NCBI GenBank assembly: GCA_050293845.1
Contig: JBNKNM010000138.1
Location: 1-14,446 of the forward strand
Source: Pseudobacteriovorax sp.
GTDB taxonomy: Bacteria; Bdellovibrionota_B; Oligoflexia; Oligoflexales; Oligoflexaceae
Direction of reading: 5' to 3'
Length of the DNA stretch: 14,446 bases
Shown here: positions 1-9,046 of the stretch, piece by piece
Position numbering within the stretch: the first letter of the stretch is position 1
How the letters are laid out: each line of letters starts with the position of its first letter
The notes under the pieces: model-generated
Seen by the model: the letters and a program-made list of their open reading frames with translations, nothing else
Databases searched by the model: none
What the model was told of the DNA's origin: nothing
Translations under genes and position numbers: made by a program

Positions 1-125
1 TCGCGACCTCGAATAGCAGATTGTAGGGCAATTGTACTCGTGCAGAATGATTAACAAATCACATAGCAGATTAGGTCGCGTCTATTTTATTTCAATGAGA
101 ATTATTTTCAGGATTTACATGATAC

Positions 126-560
126 TTATTCTTGCTGTTCCTTCATGAGCACAAGTAATCGCTTTGAAAAGCAGTCATGAATTTCCCTGATCTGTTCAAC
201 AGTCGATCTAGCATCGAGACTATAGAATGCTATCTCTCGTTTCTCATGATAATCCCTTTGGACATGGTAGATGGTATTTCTTAAGTCTTTTAATGCGCTT
301 ATAATATTTTCTTTCCCAGATAGCACACAGTCTATTTCGATGTCAGAAAGTTTAAATTCAACTCTGTATCCCTCGATCAATACATATAGGAAGGCATACC
401 AAAGGTTTTGATATTGAGTGACAATATATTTTTCTGTTGGGTCTTTATGCAGTTTTTTCTGGATCGCATCTTGATAGTTTGTCATCATTAAATTTGCGTT
501 TAGAAAGTACTTATGCAAGATGAAATATTCATTGTTAATATTCTTAGCTATCATGTTCAA
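126..560 (-). CDS. Hypothetical protein with HEPN-like Rx4H motif (putative RNase)
   Basis: 144-aa helical-looking ORF with DLRNTIYH (R-x4-H, nt 264-281) near the C-terminus. Visibly more AT-rich than the hsd genes. Start is TTG 560 or ATG 554. Confidence 0.55.
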   Translation of the reverse strand: MNMIAKNINNEYFILHKYFLNANLMMTNYQDAIQKKLHKDPTEKYIVTQYQNLWYAFLYVLIEGYRVEFKLSDIEIDCVLSGKENIISALKDLRNTIYHVQRDYHEKREIAFYSLDARSTVEQIREIHDCFSKRLLVLMKEQQE

Positions 561-628
561 AATTTTCCATAATATATAACCAAATTCTATTTTGACGATA
601 AAATCAAGTTTAAGACGATGCGCAGAAT

Positions 629-1378
629 TTAAGCAGGTTGTTGGTGGGAATCGCTCTTCCCGCCGACTTCACTCAAAGGCAAACTATTCAACAAATCCTT
701 CAGATGCTTCCAATTAGGCAAAAAGCTATCCATCAAAGATAAAAATCGCTCATTGTGATGTCTTTCAAGCAAGTGGGTCATCTCATGAACAATAATATAC
801 TCAAGACACTCCGTAGGCTTTTTAGCCAACTCCAAATTAACCCAAATACGCTGATCCGAGATATTACAAGATCCCCACTTAGCCTTCATTTTTTTGACGC
901 CCCAATCTTTAACCTCCACCCCGATGATTTTCTCCCATTTAGCAATTAAATCTGGAATCTTCTTTTTAAGATTTTGTCGGTACCATTGGTCTAGAATGTC
1001 TCGTTTCTTATTTGCATCTGATCCAGGGCGAACATGAAGGGTTAGCTTGGATTTATTCTTAATTTCCACATACGGCGCAACCTCCTCTTCAACAAGGTCC
1101 AGACGATAGCGGCGGCCTTGGAAATAATGGCTTTCCCCTTGCGACATCGATCGTGTCGACTCCCTGTTTTGCCCAGAAAAACTTCTCTGCTGCTTACGAA
1201 TCCATTTCAAGCGGGTTATGATCGCTAGCCTAATAGATTCGCGAGTCATGCTAAGAGGAGCTGCAATCTTAACCTCGCCAAATGGTGGATAAACACCAAT
1301 ATGAAGATTTTTGATGTCTTTTTTAGTTACATCAACATTCAGATCACTGACGGAAATTTTAAACGATTCAATAGTCAC
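629..1378 (-). CDS. YgjP/DUF45 (M48/SprT-like) zinc metallohydrolase
   Basis: KWGSC and LEYIIVHEMTHLLERHHNERF (HExxH) motifs. GTG start overlaps the hsdR stop, a common position after hsdR. Confidence 0.88.
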   Translation of the reverse strand: MTIESFKISVSDLNVDVTKKDIKNLHIGVYPPFGEVKIAAPLSMTRESIRLAIITRLKWIRKQQRSFSGQNRESTRSMSQGESHYFQGRRYRLDLVEEEVAPYVEIKNKSKLTLHVRPGSDANKKRDILDQWYRQNLKKKIPDLIAKWEKIIGVEVKDWGVKKMKAKWGSCNISDQRIWVNLELAKKPTECLEYIIVHEMTHLLERHHNERFLSLMDSFLPNWKHLKDLLNSLPLSEVGGKSDSHQQPA

Positions 1379-4300
1379 TCTGGGCCTTTATGATTTCAAA
1401 AATTCGTTCAATATCCTCGGCACTGTAGCCTTCCAGTACTTCGGAGATTGCAAACATGATGGATCTCTCCTTGATGCGGTGTCCGCGCCAACTATCCTGC
1501 ATTGTATCACGAACGGCTTGGTCGATCCTAATGGCTAGCCCTTCGTCGTGCTTTAGGTTGTCATATAAGGCTTGCAGAGCTTTTGTATCCATTGAAGCGG
1601 GGTAGTGATCACTGCCGCCAGGTTGCTTCACATTAGCGACAAGTTCCTTGATCTTGTTAAGGTATTTCTCATAATCAATGGCGTCAGATCGTCTCTCTTT
1701 AATGAGAGCATCTAGAAGCTCTGACATCTTCTCATAGTACTTGGGATTGGTAGGCGACTCGTCGGTAATGATCTTGCGGACATTGTTCTCAATAGCCTCT
1801 GCCATTGTTTTTTCGTCCTGCTTCGATCTTGGCTGAGAAGCTTTTTTAGTCTTACCTTCCGATTCTCCAAGGTTGGTGAGATCAACGAGGCCGACATCTT
1901 CTAAAGCGGAGATCACCCGACTATCTTTGGCTTCGATGTAACTGTCAAGAAGGTGCCTCATGGCTGGCTCGTATAGTTTGACGTCAATATAGTCACCACT
2001 GGCAAGCTTCACTTCTCTAGTAACTAGCTCATAATGAACAACCTCGTCTTTTATCTCCTTAAACTCAGGTTCCAAATAGCCTGCCTTTTCCATTTCGCCT
2101 GCTATATTTGCATAGGCTCTCATCAGGGAAGCATTAAGCTTATAGAGAGTGACTCGCTTCGGCTCATTTTCTCTAAGAGTGAATTTATCCGATGTATCAG
2201 CAGCACAAAAATAATGGAGATAATCAGAGGTTTCCTTGGGGCGAGCAACTGGTTCACAGAGAGCTTTAATGGCTTCCCTGGCTGATTCTAGGTTAATGGT
2301 TGCCTTTGTGATGCGATCTTCAAGTAAGCCTTTGACGTCTTCCTGATCAAAATTATCTAAGGCACCGCTGGTATAATCTGTTACTGCTCCCTTGATATTG
2401 TAGAATAGGTCTTTGTAGTCAACGATATAACCGTATTCCTTATCGTCACCATCCAAGCGGTTCACACGACAGATCGCTTGGAAAAGGGCATGGTCACGCA
2501 TTTGTTTATCGATATATAAGTAAGTCGCAGACGGAGCATCAAAACCGGTAAGCAACTTATCCACCACAATCAAAAGTCTCATTTGACCGGGTTCTTTAAT
2601 AAACTTGGTCTTAACCTGCTTTTCAAAATCCTCCGCCTTATTCATAGCCTCCTGTTCAGGAAGGTCAAAATACTCGGCAAGCATCTTTCGATATATATCG
2701 TATTGGTGCAGCTTTTCTGTATATCCTTCTCCCGTTTCTTCGCCTTTGATATCGGCTGGAGATGGCTGATAACTGGTGACGATGGCACACTTGCCTTTGA
2801 AATCCGTCTTTGAGAACAGTTCAAAGGTCTTACAGGCTTGATAGATACTGGAACAAACGAGCATGGCATTGCCACGGCCATCCATAAGGCGCGGCTTGGT
2901 TTCCATATCGAAGAGGATATCGTTGACAATTTTTTCCAGACGGGACTGGCTTGACAGCACCTTCTTGATGGTTGCCCATTTCTGCTTGATTTGCAGTCTT
3001 GCCATATCAGATAGGCCTCTGGTCTTTGCTTCAAACCACTGATCAATTTTTCCCTGGGACGTAGTTTGTTGATCAATATCACGGGCTTCATAGCGAAGAT
3101 CTAAGACAACGCCATCGCTAACAGCTTCGTTAAATTTATAGGTGTGAATATAGGAACCAAATACTTCGATACTCTTTCTCTTGTCCTTTTTGAGTAGCGG
3201 AGTACCGGTAAAACCAATAAAGAGCGCGTCCGGTAATATTAGCGTCATAGCTTCGTGTAATTTCCCCGATTGGGTGCGATGACATTCATCAACGAACACA
3301 AACATATTTCCAGGAATTGTAATTTCCCCAGACTTCTTCTTCAGTTCTTTGACAAATTCGTCCACTTCAGAGTCAGACTCACCGCCAAACTTATGAACCA
3401 GGGCACACATCAACCAATCCTCGTTGGCTTGGAGAGTAGCCAATAAAGCCTCTCCTCCGCTGGAATAGGTTTTTTCCTTAACCTTTCCGTTTTGTATGCG
3501 TACGATTTGTTCATCCACACCAAAAAAGACCTTCTCAATTTGCTCATCCAGTTCGGTGCGGTCAGTAACGATCAAAACCCTAGCATCATGAACACTTTCG
3601 CGAATCCATTTTGCGAGCCACACCATGGTTATACTTTTACCAGATCCTTGAGTATGCCAGATAATTCCGCCTTCTCTTCTACCGATCCGGTCTTGGGCTA
3701 ACTTAACGCCGAAATATTGGTTATGGCGAGGGACTTTCTTTACCCCAGCATCAAAAACTGTGAAGTCATGGATAATTTCAAGAAAGCGATCCTTACGACA
3801 CACACAATTCAGGTGATGATCCAGAATCTTGTCGATGTGAGGATTGCCGTACTCTTTCCAAGTAAGAAAATACTTTTCAGGAGTTTCGATAGTACCGTAT
3901 TTAAGCCCCTCGGTATCGTTACCTGCCATGACCAGTTGCATGGTTGTAAAGAAGGGCCGTATGAAAGTCTTTTTCTGGTTATCGAGATTTTGTCTGATCC
4001 CTTCACTCACAGAAACCAAGGAGCGCTTAAGTTCGATCACACCCAGGGCAATTCCGTTGACGTAGATGACAATATCAGGACGTTTTTTGTTTTCGCCCCT
4101 GATGGAAACTTCTTCAGCGATGGCAAAGTTATTTTCCTCAGGATTCTTCCAGTCAATAAGCCAAACAGTTTCCATTTGCTGGCCAACGCCTTCTTTGACT
4201 TTAACGCCATAACGAAGCTTGCTGTAGACGACTTTGTTTGCGTCATAGAGATTTTTACCATCACCAATGGCAGCGGAGCGGCTGAGATCGTGGAGGGTCT

Positions 4301-4481
4301 TTTTGATGAGGGTATCGGAATATCCTTTTTTTGCTAAGTATTCAGTGAGAAGAGTCTCTTCGATGTTGCGATTGTTCTCTCGTTTGGTCCAATCGCCGAG
4401 GTACTTGTATTTTAGTTCTTCAGTGAAGAACTTGATGACCCTTCCTTGGGTTTCTTTTTCGCGCTGTCCTACGCTGCTCAT
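1368..4481 (-). CDS. hsdR: Type I restriction endonuclease subunit R
   Basis: PD-(D/E)xK nuclease motif RPDIVIYVNGIALGVIELK, Walker A HTQGSGKS, DECHR, GFTGTP, LLTGFDAP, QAICRVNR. 1037 aa, ATGA overlap with hsdS. Confidence 0.97.
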   Translation of the reverse strand: MSSVGQREKETQGRVIKFFTEELKYKYLGDWTKRENNRNIEETLLTEYLAKKGYSDTLIKKTLHDLSRSAAIGDGKNLYDANKVVYSKLRYGVKVKEGVGQQMETVWLIDWKNPEENNFAIAEEVSIRGENKKRPDIVIYVNGIALGVIELKRSLVSVSEGIRQNLDNQKKTFIRPFFTTMQLVMAGNDTEGLKYGTIETPEKYFLTWKEYGNPHIDKILDHHLNCVCRKDRFLEIIHDFTVFDAGVKKVPRHNQYFGVKLAQDRIGRREGGIIWHTQGSGKSITMVWLAKWIRESVHDARVLIVTDRTELDEQIEKVFFGVDEQIVRIQNGKVKEKTYSSGGEALLATLQANEDWLMCALVHKFGGESDSEVDEFVKELKKKSGEITIPGNMFVFVDECHRTQSGKLHEAMTLILPDALFIGFTGTPLLKKDKRKSIEVFGSYIHTYKFNEAVSDGVVLDLRYEARDIDQQTTSQGKIDQWFEAKTRGLSDMARLQIKQKWATIKKVLSSQSRLEKIVNDILFDMETKPRLMDGRGNAMLVCSSIYQACKTFELFSKTDFKGKCAIVTSYQPSPADIKGEETGEGYTEKLHQYDIYRKMLAEYFDLPEQEAMNKAEDFEKQVKTKFIKEPGQMRLLIVVDKLLTGFDAPSATYLYIDKQMRDHALFQAICRVNRLDGDDKEYGYIVDYKDLFYNIKGAVTDYTSGALDNFDQEDVKGLLEDRITKATINLESAREAIKALCEPVARPKETSDYLHYFCAADTSDKFTLRENEPKRVTLYKLNASLMRAYANIAGEMEKAGYLEPEFKEIKDEVVHYELVTREVKLASGDYIDVKLYEPAMRHLLDSYIEAKDSRVISALEDVGLVDLTNLGESEGKTKKASQPRSKQDEKTMAEAIENNVRKIITDESPTNPKYYEKMSELLDALIKERRSDAIDYEKYLNKIKELVANVKQPGGSDHYPASMDTKALQALYDNLKHDEGLAIRIDQAVRDTMQDSWRGHRIKERSIMFAISEVLEGYSAEDIERIFEIIKAQSDY

Positions 4482-5773
4482 ACTAGCCTCGTTTTTCCTG
4501 TTAGGAGTTCTTGCATCATGCCTTGTTTGATTGCTTTATTTTTTCGGAGTTTGTGCGTTAACTTCTCTAGTTCTGAAGTCATACCTGACGTTAGTGAAGC
4601 TATTGCTTTTTGCTCGTTGATTGGGGGGCAGGGTATTTGGAATGACCCTACTTGTCCAAAGTTAAGGCCTTCTCTGTTTCCTCCAGCTTGAAAGCTGTCA
4701 ATCTGTTTCTGACAGAGCTCAGAGAGTAGGAGTGAATTTAAAAAATCCGAATCGAGATAGCTCGGGATCACACGAATTATGCAAACATGCTGATTAACAT
4801 TTCCTCCGACTATCGCTGGCTGAGCTACGGCAGATCTTCCTATAGATGCTCCGGTTATGTTTAAAAACACATCGCCAGTCTTTATTTCGGTGGCAGAGAA
4901 AGAAGAGTGAATAGCATCTGCGATGTAAGCGACATCGTTGAGAAGAAGATTCCCCCAACCGATGTTTTGGCTTCTTATAAAAGGTCGTCCTTCTTTCTCA
5001 TAGATAGCGGAACCTCCTGTCGGAGTTATTCCACTTCCAATTTTGCTAGTCAGGTCCATCAATTTATGAATGTCCCAATCCTCCGGAATAACCCCAATCT
5101 CAGTCTCCTTATACCCCTTACCCTCCCCAAATCCAGGCAAGCGAGTCTTCCCAGTTAAAAGCTGCTGCATGGTAGCGGTTTTGATGGCTTGCTTTTTGGC
5201 AATGAGCTTTTCGAGGGTTTGGATGAGGGCATCGACATCGGATAGGGCTGAGGCGATGGCTTTTTTTTCCGAGTTTGGTGGAAATGCAACCAAAAGCTTT
5301 TGCATTTTTTGAATACCGAATGCAGCCTGTGAAGTACTATGCAACTCCCGATTAATTTGGTCTTGGGCAACTCCTGATTTTAACCAAGCCATTAAAAATT
5401 TAGGATCGATTTTAGGTTGGATAAGTAAGATATTTGCGCTGAGAGCATAACGAAAAGGAACCTGTGGTAGAAATTTAGGCTGACCTATTGTACCAATTTT
5501 TCCAAAAACAATGTCCCCTGCTTGGATGTTGAAGCTTCTTTGCTGTTTATCAACTGCGGAGCTAACTATCTTTCGGCAAGTTGTCCAATTAACTGTATGG
5601 TCATCTATAAAGTCGCTAATCCCAATGTATGGTTCGCCTCCAGCGATTGCTTGGGGTGTTCTGTGATCTGGTTGTGGATCGATTATTGTTGCCACTGTGT
5701 CAAGACTAGATATTTCCCAATCTTCTGGAATTACACCAACCTCAGTTTTCTTATATCCTTCCGCAACTACCAT
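4478..5773 (-). CDS. hsdS: Type I RM specificity subunit S (two TRDs)
   Basis: Two-fold internal repeat GYKKTEVGVIPEDW / GYKETEIGVIPEDW and MQQLLTGKTRL / MQELLTGKTRL, plus PPINEQKAIA. Overlaps the hsdM stop and the hsdR start. Confidence 0.96.
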   Translation of the reverse strand: MVVAEGYKKTEVGVIPEDWEISSLDTVATIIDPQPDHRTPQAIAGGEPYIGISDFIDDHTVNWTTCRKIVSSAVDKQQRSFNIQAGDIVFGKIGTIGQPKFLPQVPFRYALSANILLIQPKIDPKFLMAWLKSGVAQDQINRELHSTSQAAFGIQKMQKLLVAFPPNSEKKAIASALSDVDALIQTLEKLIAKKQAIKTATMQQLLTGKTRLPGFGEGKGYKETEIGVIPEDWDIHKLMDLTSKIGSGITPTGGSAIYEKEGRPFIRSQNIGWGNLLLNDVAYIADAIHSSFSATEIKTGDVFLNITGASIGRSAVAQPAIVGGNVNQHVCIIRVIPSYLDSDFLNSLLLSELCQKQIDSFQAGGNREGLNFGQVGSFQIPCPPINEQKAIASLTSGMTSELEKLTHKLRKNKAIKQGMMQELLTGKTRLV

Positions 5774-8202
5774 GACACACCCATAGCCCTCAAATGATGC
5801 TCAACCATCCCACTCAACTCCACCAAATCAGCCTCAATCTTAGGCAAAGGCTCATTATAACGCTCTTCAAGGGTCTTGATCCGCTCCACCATTCGACTGA
5901 TCACTCGCTCAATTTCACCGTCAATGGATTTACCGAGGGTAGCGATCCACTTGTGTTCGATGACGATCTCTTTAATCTCCGTTTCAGTAATCTTGGGATA
6001 CTTTGCGTAGACCTTCTCATCGAGTTCTTTCTGAGCGGTTTTAACTACCTTCTCGGCACTAGCCTGACTATTTAGATGCTTTAGACAACTCTGTAGTAAC
6101 TTAAGGTCATCAGCGCTACCATTTGATTTGAGTTTTTTGATCTCATCAGTCAGTAAGGCTTTGGTTATTTTATCCTTGTCGTTCTTTGCATCTTCCAATG
6201 GACTATCTTCGCCACTGTTTTCATCCACAAAAGATTCAAAGTCTTGGGCGGCCGTATCAGCTTTAGTCTGAAGATCATCAATGGTCTGCTTTTCACTAGA
6301 AAAGAATTTCTCTACAACTAAATGCGGAGGGATCAAGTCAGCTTTGTACTTCTTTTTAGCGATGATTAGATCTGGGGTTTCCTTTGATTTCTTACCTTTT
6401 TCTTCGACGATGACTCTTAGCTTATTAGCATTCAACCAGCCGTCTTGGATTATTAGTGAAACGTCATCTTGCATGATGTCGGCCCAGTAATCCATGAGGT
6501 GTTGATAGATGTCATATTTATCCAGAAGGGGTGCTTCTTTAAATCGCTCTAAAAGATCTTCTGAGATATTGAATATGAACTTTTTTGGATTATCTCCTTG
6601 AGAAAGTTCATAGAACGACTTGCTATGCTCTTTGACCCACGCGGTGAACAGACTCTTTGAAACATTGGCAAAGCTTTTGAAGTCTTTGTGCTCTAAAACA
6701 ACAGCTTTAATCTCATCAGCTTTATGTTTGGCTTCTAGGTATCCTTCTCGTCCAGATTCCTTAAACAGCTCGTTGCGGATGGCAGGTAAATGCTGCCAAT
6801 AGCTTTCTAGTTGGTCAATGTCAGCTTTGGGAATACCGCCGTTTAGGTGAGCTGTCAAATCATGGAGGTCTTCAGGCTCACTGGAATCGATGTAGCGCGG
6901 GATGTTGAGATTGTATTCATTTTTATCAGCAATTTCTGAGATAGGAACAAAGCGCGAGTAGCGATCGATCTCAATCTGCTTGTTAAACACATCGACGATT
7001 TTATGAATGTCCTGGCTACGAAGCCTATTCTTATTGCCGTCTTTCATAAAACCTTTGCTACCATCGATCATAAAAATATGAGTGCGCTTGGCTGCATCGG
7101 CTTTATCGAGGACGATAATACAGGCGGGAATTCCTGTTCCGTAAAATAAGTTGGCAGGTAGACCAATAATGCCTTTGATATATCCCTGCTTCACCAAGTT
7201 TTTACGGATAGTCGATTCCGCATTGCCGCGAAACAAAACCCCATGGGGCAGAATCACAGCGCCCTTACCGGTGCTTTTTAGGGATGTAAGGATATGTAGT
7301 AGAAAAGCGTAATCACCATTCTTATCTGGTGGAACGCCATATTCAAACCTTCCAAATTCGTCGTCATTAGGATTAAAACCATTGCTCCATGACTTGTATG
7401 AGAAAGGAGGGTTAGCAACGGCAAAATCAAATTTCTTCAGACTACCATCTTTTTCTTTGAAGTGTGGGGCTGAAAGGGTGTTGTCCTTCCAGATTTCAGC
7501 AGATTCATTGTCATGAAGAATCATATTCATGCGGGCCAAGGAGTGAGTGGCATTATCCATTTCTTGGCCGTAGATACTCATTCCACTGGGAGACTCGTCC
7601 GCGCCTTTTATGAGCAAAGAGCCAGAACCACAGGTTGGGTCATAGAGTGTCATTTTCCTCGTGGTTTCGTCATTGATCCCGACAACCTTGGCTAGGATTT
7701 TTGACACCTCGGCAGGTGTATAAAATTGCCCTTTGCTTTTGCCTGATTCAGTCGCAAAGTGCCGCATGAGGTATTCGTAGGCATCGCCGAGAAGATCATC
7801 GCCTTCAGCCCTATTGGCCTTTAAGTCCAATGTCTCGAAGATACCGAGAAGCTTGGAAAGGCGATCTTGCATGTCCTTGCCTTTACCGAGCTTATCCTCG
7901 TCATTGAAATCTGCTATGTCAATGACGCCCTTAAGATCATTTTCCTCAGCAAGCTTGCCGATGATCTTATTGATTTGATCGCCAATTTCCTTTTTGCCCT
8001 TCCATTGCAGCATATCGTTGAAGGACCCACCTTCGGGGACGATTAGGAGGGAGTTTTTAGAGCCGCTATACTTGTCAGAAACATATTTTACGAAGAGTAG
8101 GGTGAGGACGTAGTCCTTGTACTGGGAGGCGTCCATACCTCCGCGAAGTTCGTCGCAACTTGCCCATAATGAGCTGTAGAGGGCGGTTTTCTTAATGGCC
8201 AT
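5767..8202 (-). CDS. hsdM: Type I RM DNA methyltransferase subunit M (long form, 811 aa)
   Basis: LWASCDELRG, GQFYTP, motif I YDPTCGSG, motif IV ANPPF (N6-adenine type). Start moved from 8319 to ATG 8202 (MAIKK) because AAGGA precedes it and it avoids overlap with the RHH gene. Confidence 0.96.
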   Translation of the reverse strand: MAIKKTALYSSLWASCDELRGGMDASQYKDYVLTLLFVKYVSDKYSGSKNSLLIVPEGGSFNDMLQWKGKKEIGDQINKIIGKLAEENDLKGVIDIADFNDEDKLGKGKDMQDRLSKLLGIFETLDLKANRAEGDDLLGDAYEYLMRHFATESGKSKGQFYTPAEVSKILAKVVGINDETTRKMTLYDPTCGSGSLLIKGADESPSGMSIYGQEMDNATHSLARMNMILHDNESAEIWKDNTLSAPHFKEKDGSLKKFDFAVANPPFSYKSWSNGFNPNDDEFGRFEYGVPPDKNGDYAFLLHILTSLKSTGKGAVILPHGVLFRGNAESTIRKNLVKQGYIKGIIGLPANLFYGTGIPACIIVLDKADAAKRTHIFMIDGSKGFMKDGNKNRLRSQDIHKIVDVFNKQIEIDRYSRFVPISEIADKNEYNLNIPRYIDSSEPEDLHDLTAHLNGGIPKADIDQLESYWQHLPAIRNELFKESGREGYLEAKHKADEIKAVVLEHKDFKSFANVSKSLFTAWVKEHSKSFYELSQGDNPKKFIFNISEDLLERFKEAPLLDKYDIYQHLMDYWADIMQDDVSLIIQDGWLNANKLRVIVEEKGKKSKETPDLIIAKKKYKADLIPPHLVVEKFFSSEKQTIDDLQTKADTAAQDFESFVDENSGEDSPLEDAKNDKDKITKALLTDEIKKLKSNGSADDLKLLQSCLKHLNSQASAEKVVKTAQKELDEKVYAKYPKITETEIKEIVIEHKWIATLGKSIDGEIERVISRMVERIKTLEERYNEPLPKIEADLVELSGMVEHHLRAMGVSW

Positions 8203-8228
8203 ATTGTTTCCTTTTTTAAGGCTGAGAA

Positions 8229-8450
8229 TTAGTTTTTGGGACCTGGGTTTGAAGCACCTAGATATTGCTCCATCATGAGCTGCACGACCTGGTTCATCTT
8301 GACCCCATGATTCTCGCAATCTTGCTTGAATTCGGCGATAAGTCTCTCTGGTAGTGAAAAAGTTATATTGCGCTTGGGTTTTCCGTTATAATTGCCGGTG
8401 AGGGCTTTTAAGATATTATCTCTATCGATAAGCCTGTTGGTCGTACTCAT
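8229..8450 (-). CDS. Ribbon-helix-helix (CopG/ParG-like) DNA-binding protein
   Basis: KRNITFSLPERLIAEFKQDCENHGVKMNQVVQLMMEQYL fits the beta-alpha-alpha RHH pattern. Strong SD AAGGAG 6 nt before ATG 8450. Ends 26 nt before hsdM. Confidence 0.8.
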   Translation of the reverse strand: MSTTNRLIDRDNILKALTGNYNGKPKRNITFSLPERLIAEFKQDCENHGVKMNQVVQLMMEQYLGASNPGPKN

Positions 8451-8480
8451 GCCCAACTCCTTGGAATTTATAATGGGAAG

Positions 8481-8509
8481 ATACTATTAGTCTGGGCCTG
8501 AAATGTAAA
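8481..8509 (-). promoter_or_regulatory. Putative sigma70 promoter for the RHH-hsd operon
   Basis: Minus strand -35 TTTACA (8509-8504), 17-nt spacer, -10 TAGTAT (8486-8481). Confidence 0.5.
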
Positions 8510-8540
8510 TGTGAGATTACACATAAAATACATGTGTAAT
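8501..8540. promoter_or_regulatory. Putative operator array in the divergent intergenic region
   Basis: AAATGT x2 (8501-8512) plus a perfect inverted repeat ATTACACAT-N7-ATGTGTAAT (8516-8540), with a recurring ACAT/ATGT core. Confidence 0.55.
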
Positions 8541-8558
8541 TGATTAAGTCAAATAGGA

Positions 8559-8969
8559 ATGGCGATGAAGAAGCCAAGTACTAAGCAGAGGTTTATCGAG
8601 CTTAGAGCTGTCGGCAATAGCTATCGAAAAATTTCCGAAGAACTCGATGTTAGCAAGCAGACCTTGATTAACTGGTCTAGAGAGCTGAGTGATGAGCTGG
8701 CTAACTACTCGGCGATAGAAAAGGATCATCTCCTTCAGCAGTACCTACTTATGAAAGAAGGGAAAATTAAGCGGCTGGGTACAACTCTGACTAGGCTATA
8801 CGAGGAGTTAGAAAGTCGAGAATTATCCAACATACCCACAGATAAATTGCTAGACCTCATCTTGAAAGTTTCTAGCTCCCTAGAAAAAGAGGCATCACCC
8901 ATATACTTTCAAACCACTGAAGAGGATCAGTCACTCAGCTTCGTCAGCACGGCCCATTGGACGGCTTGA
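8559..8969 (+). CDS. Helix-turn-helix protein, possibly small-terminase-like
   Basis: N-terminal HTH RFIELRAVGNSYRKISEELDVSKQTLINWSREL followed by amphipathic helices. Start ATG 8559 or 8565. Confidence 0.6.
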   Translation: MAMKKPSTKQRFIELRAVGNSYRKISEELDVSKQTLINWSRELSDELANYSAIEKDHLLQQYLLMKEGKIKRLGTTLTRLYEELESRELSNIPTDKLLDLILKVSSSLEKEASPIYFQTTEEDQSLSFVSTAHWTA

Positions 8970-9046
8970 CCTTTTGTGGGCTATTTTTTGACCGAGGCCT
9001 TTAGTTCAGCTATCTTCCCCGTTTCATCTTGTTTCATGGGGGGTCT

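Noticed and set aside
643..653. GGTGGGAATCG as a possible second att copy
   Set aside because: Only about 10 bases match the core, the CCA end is absent and it lies inside a CDS.
5261..5268. A8 tract in hsdS as a phase-variation switch
   Set aside because: It is short, in frame and explained by Glu-Lys-Lys codons. No invertase or spare hsdS is present either.
755..7695. Many short antisense or alternate-frame ORFs inside the hsd operon, including 3717..4337 (206 aa)
   Set aside because: They shadow well-supported genes and show no recognisable motifs.
8203..8319. 39-aa N-terminal extension of HsdM in the ORF track
   Set aside because: It overlaps the RHH gene, and the conserved HsdM start and SD are at 8202.
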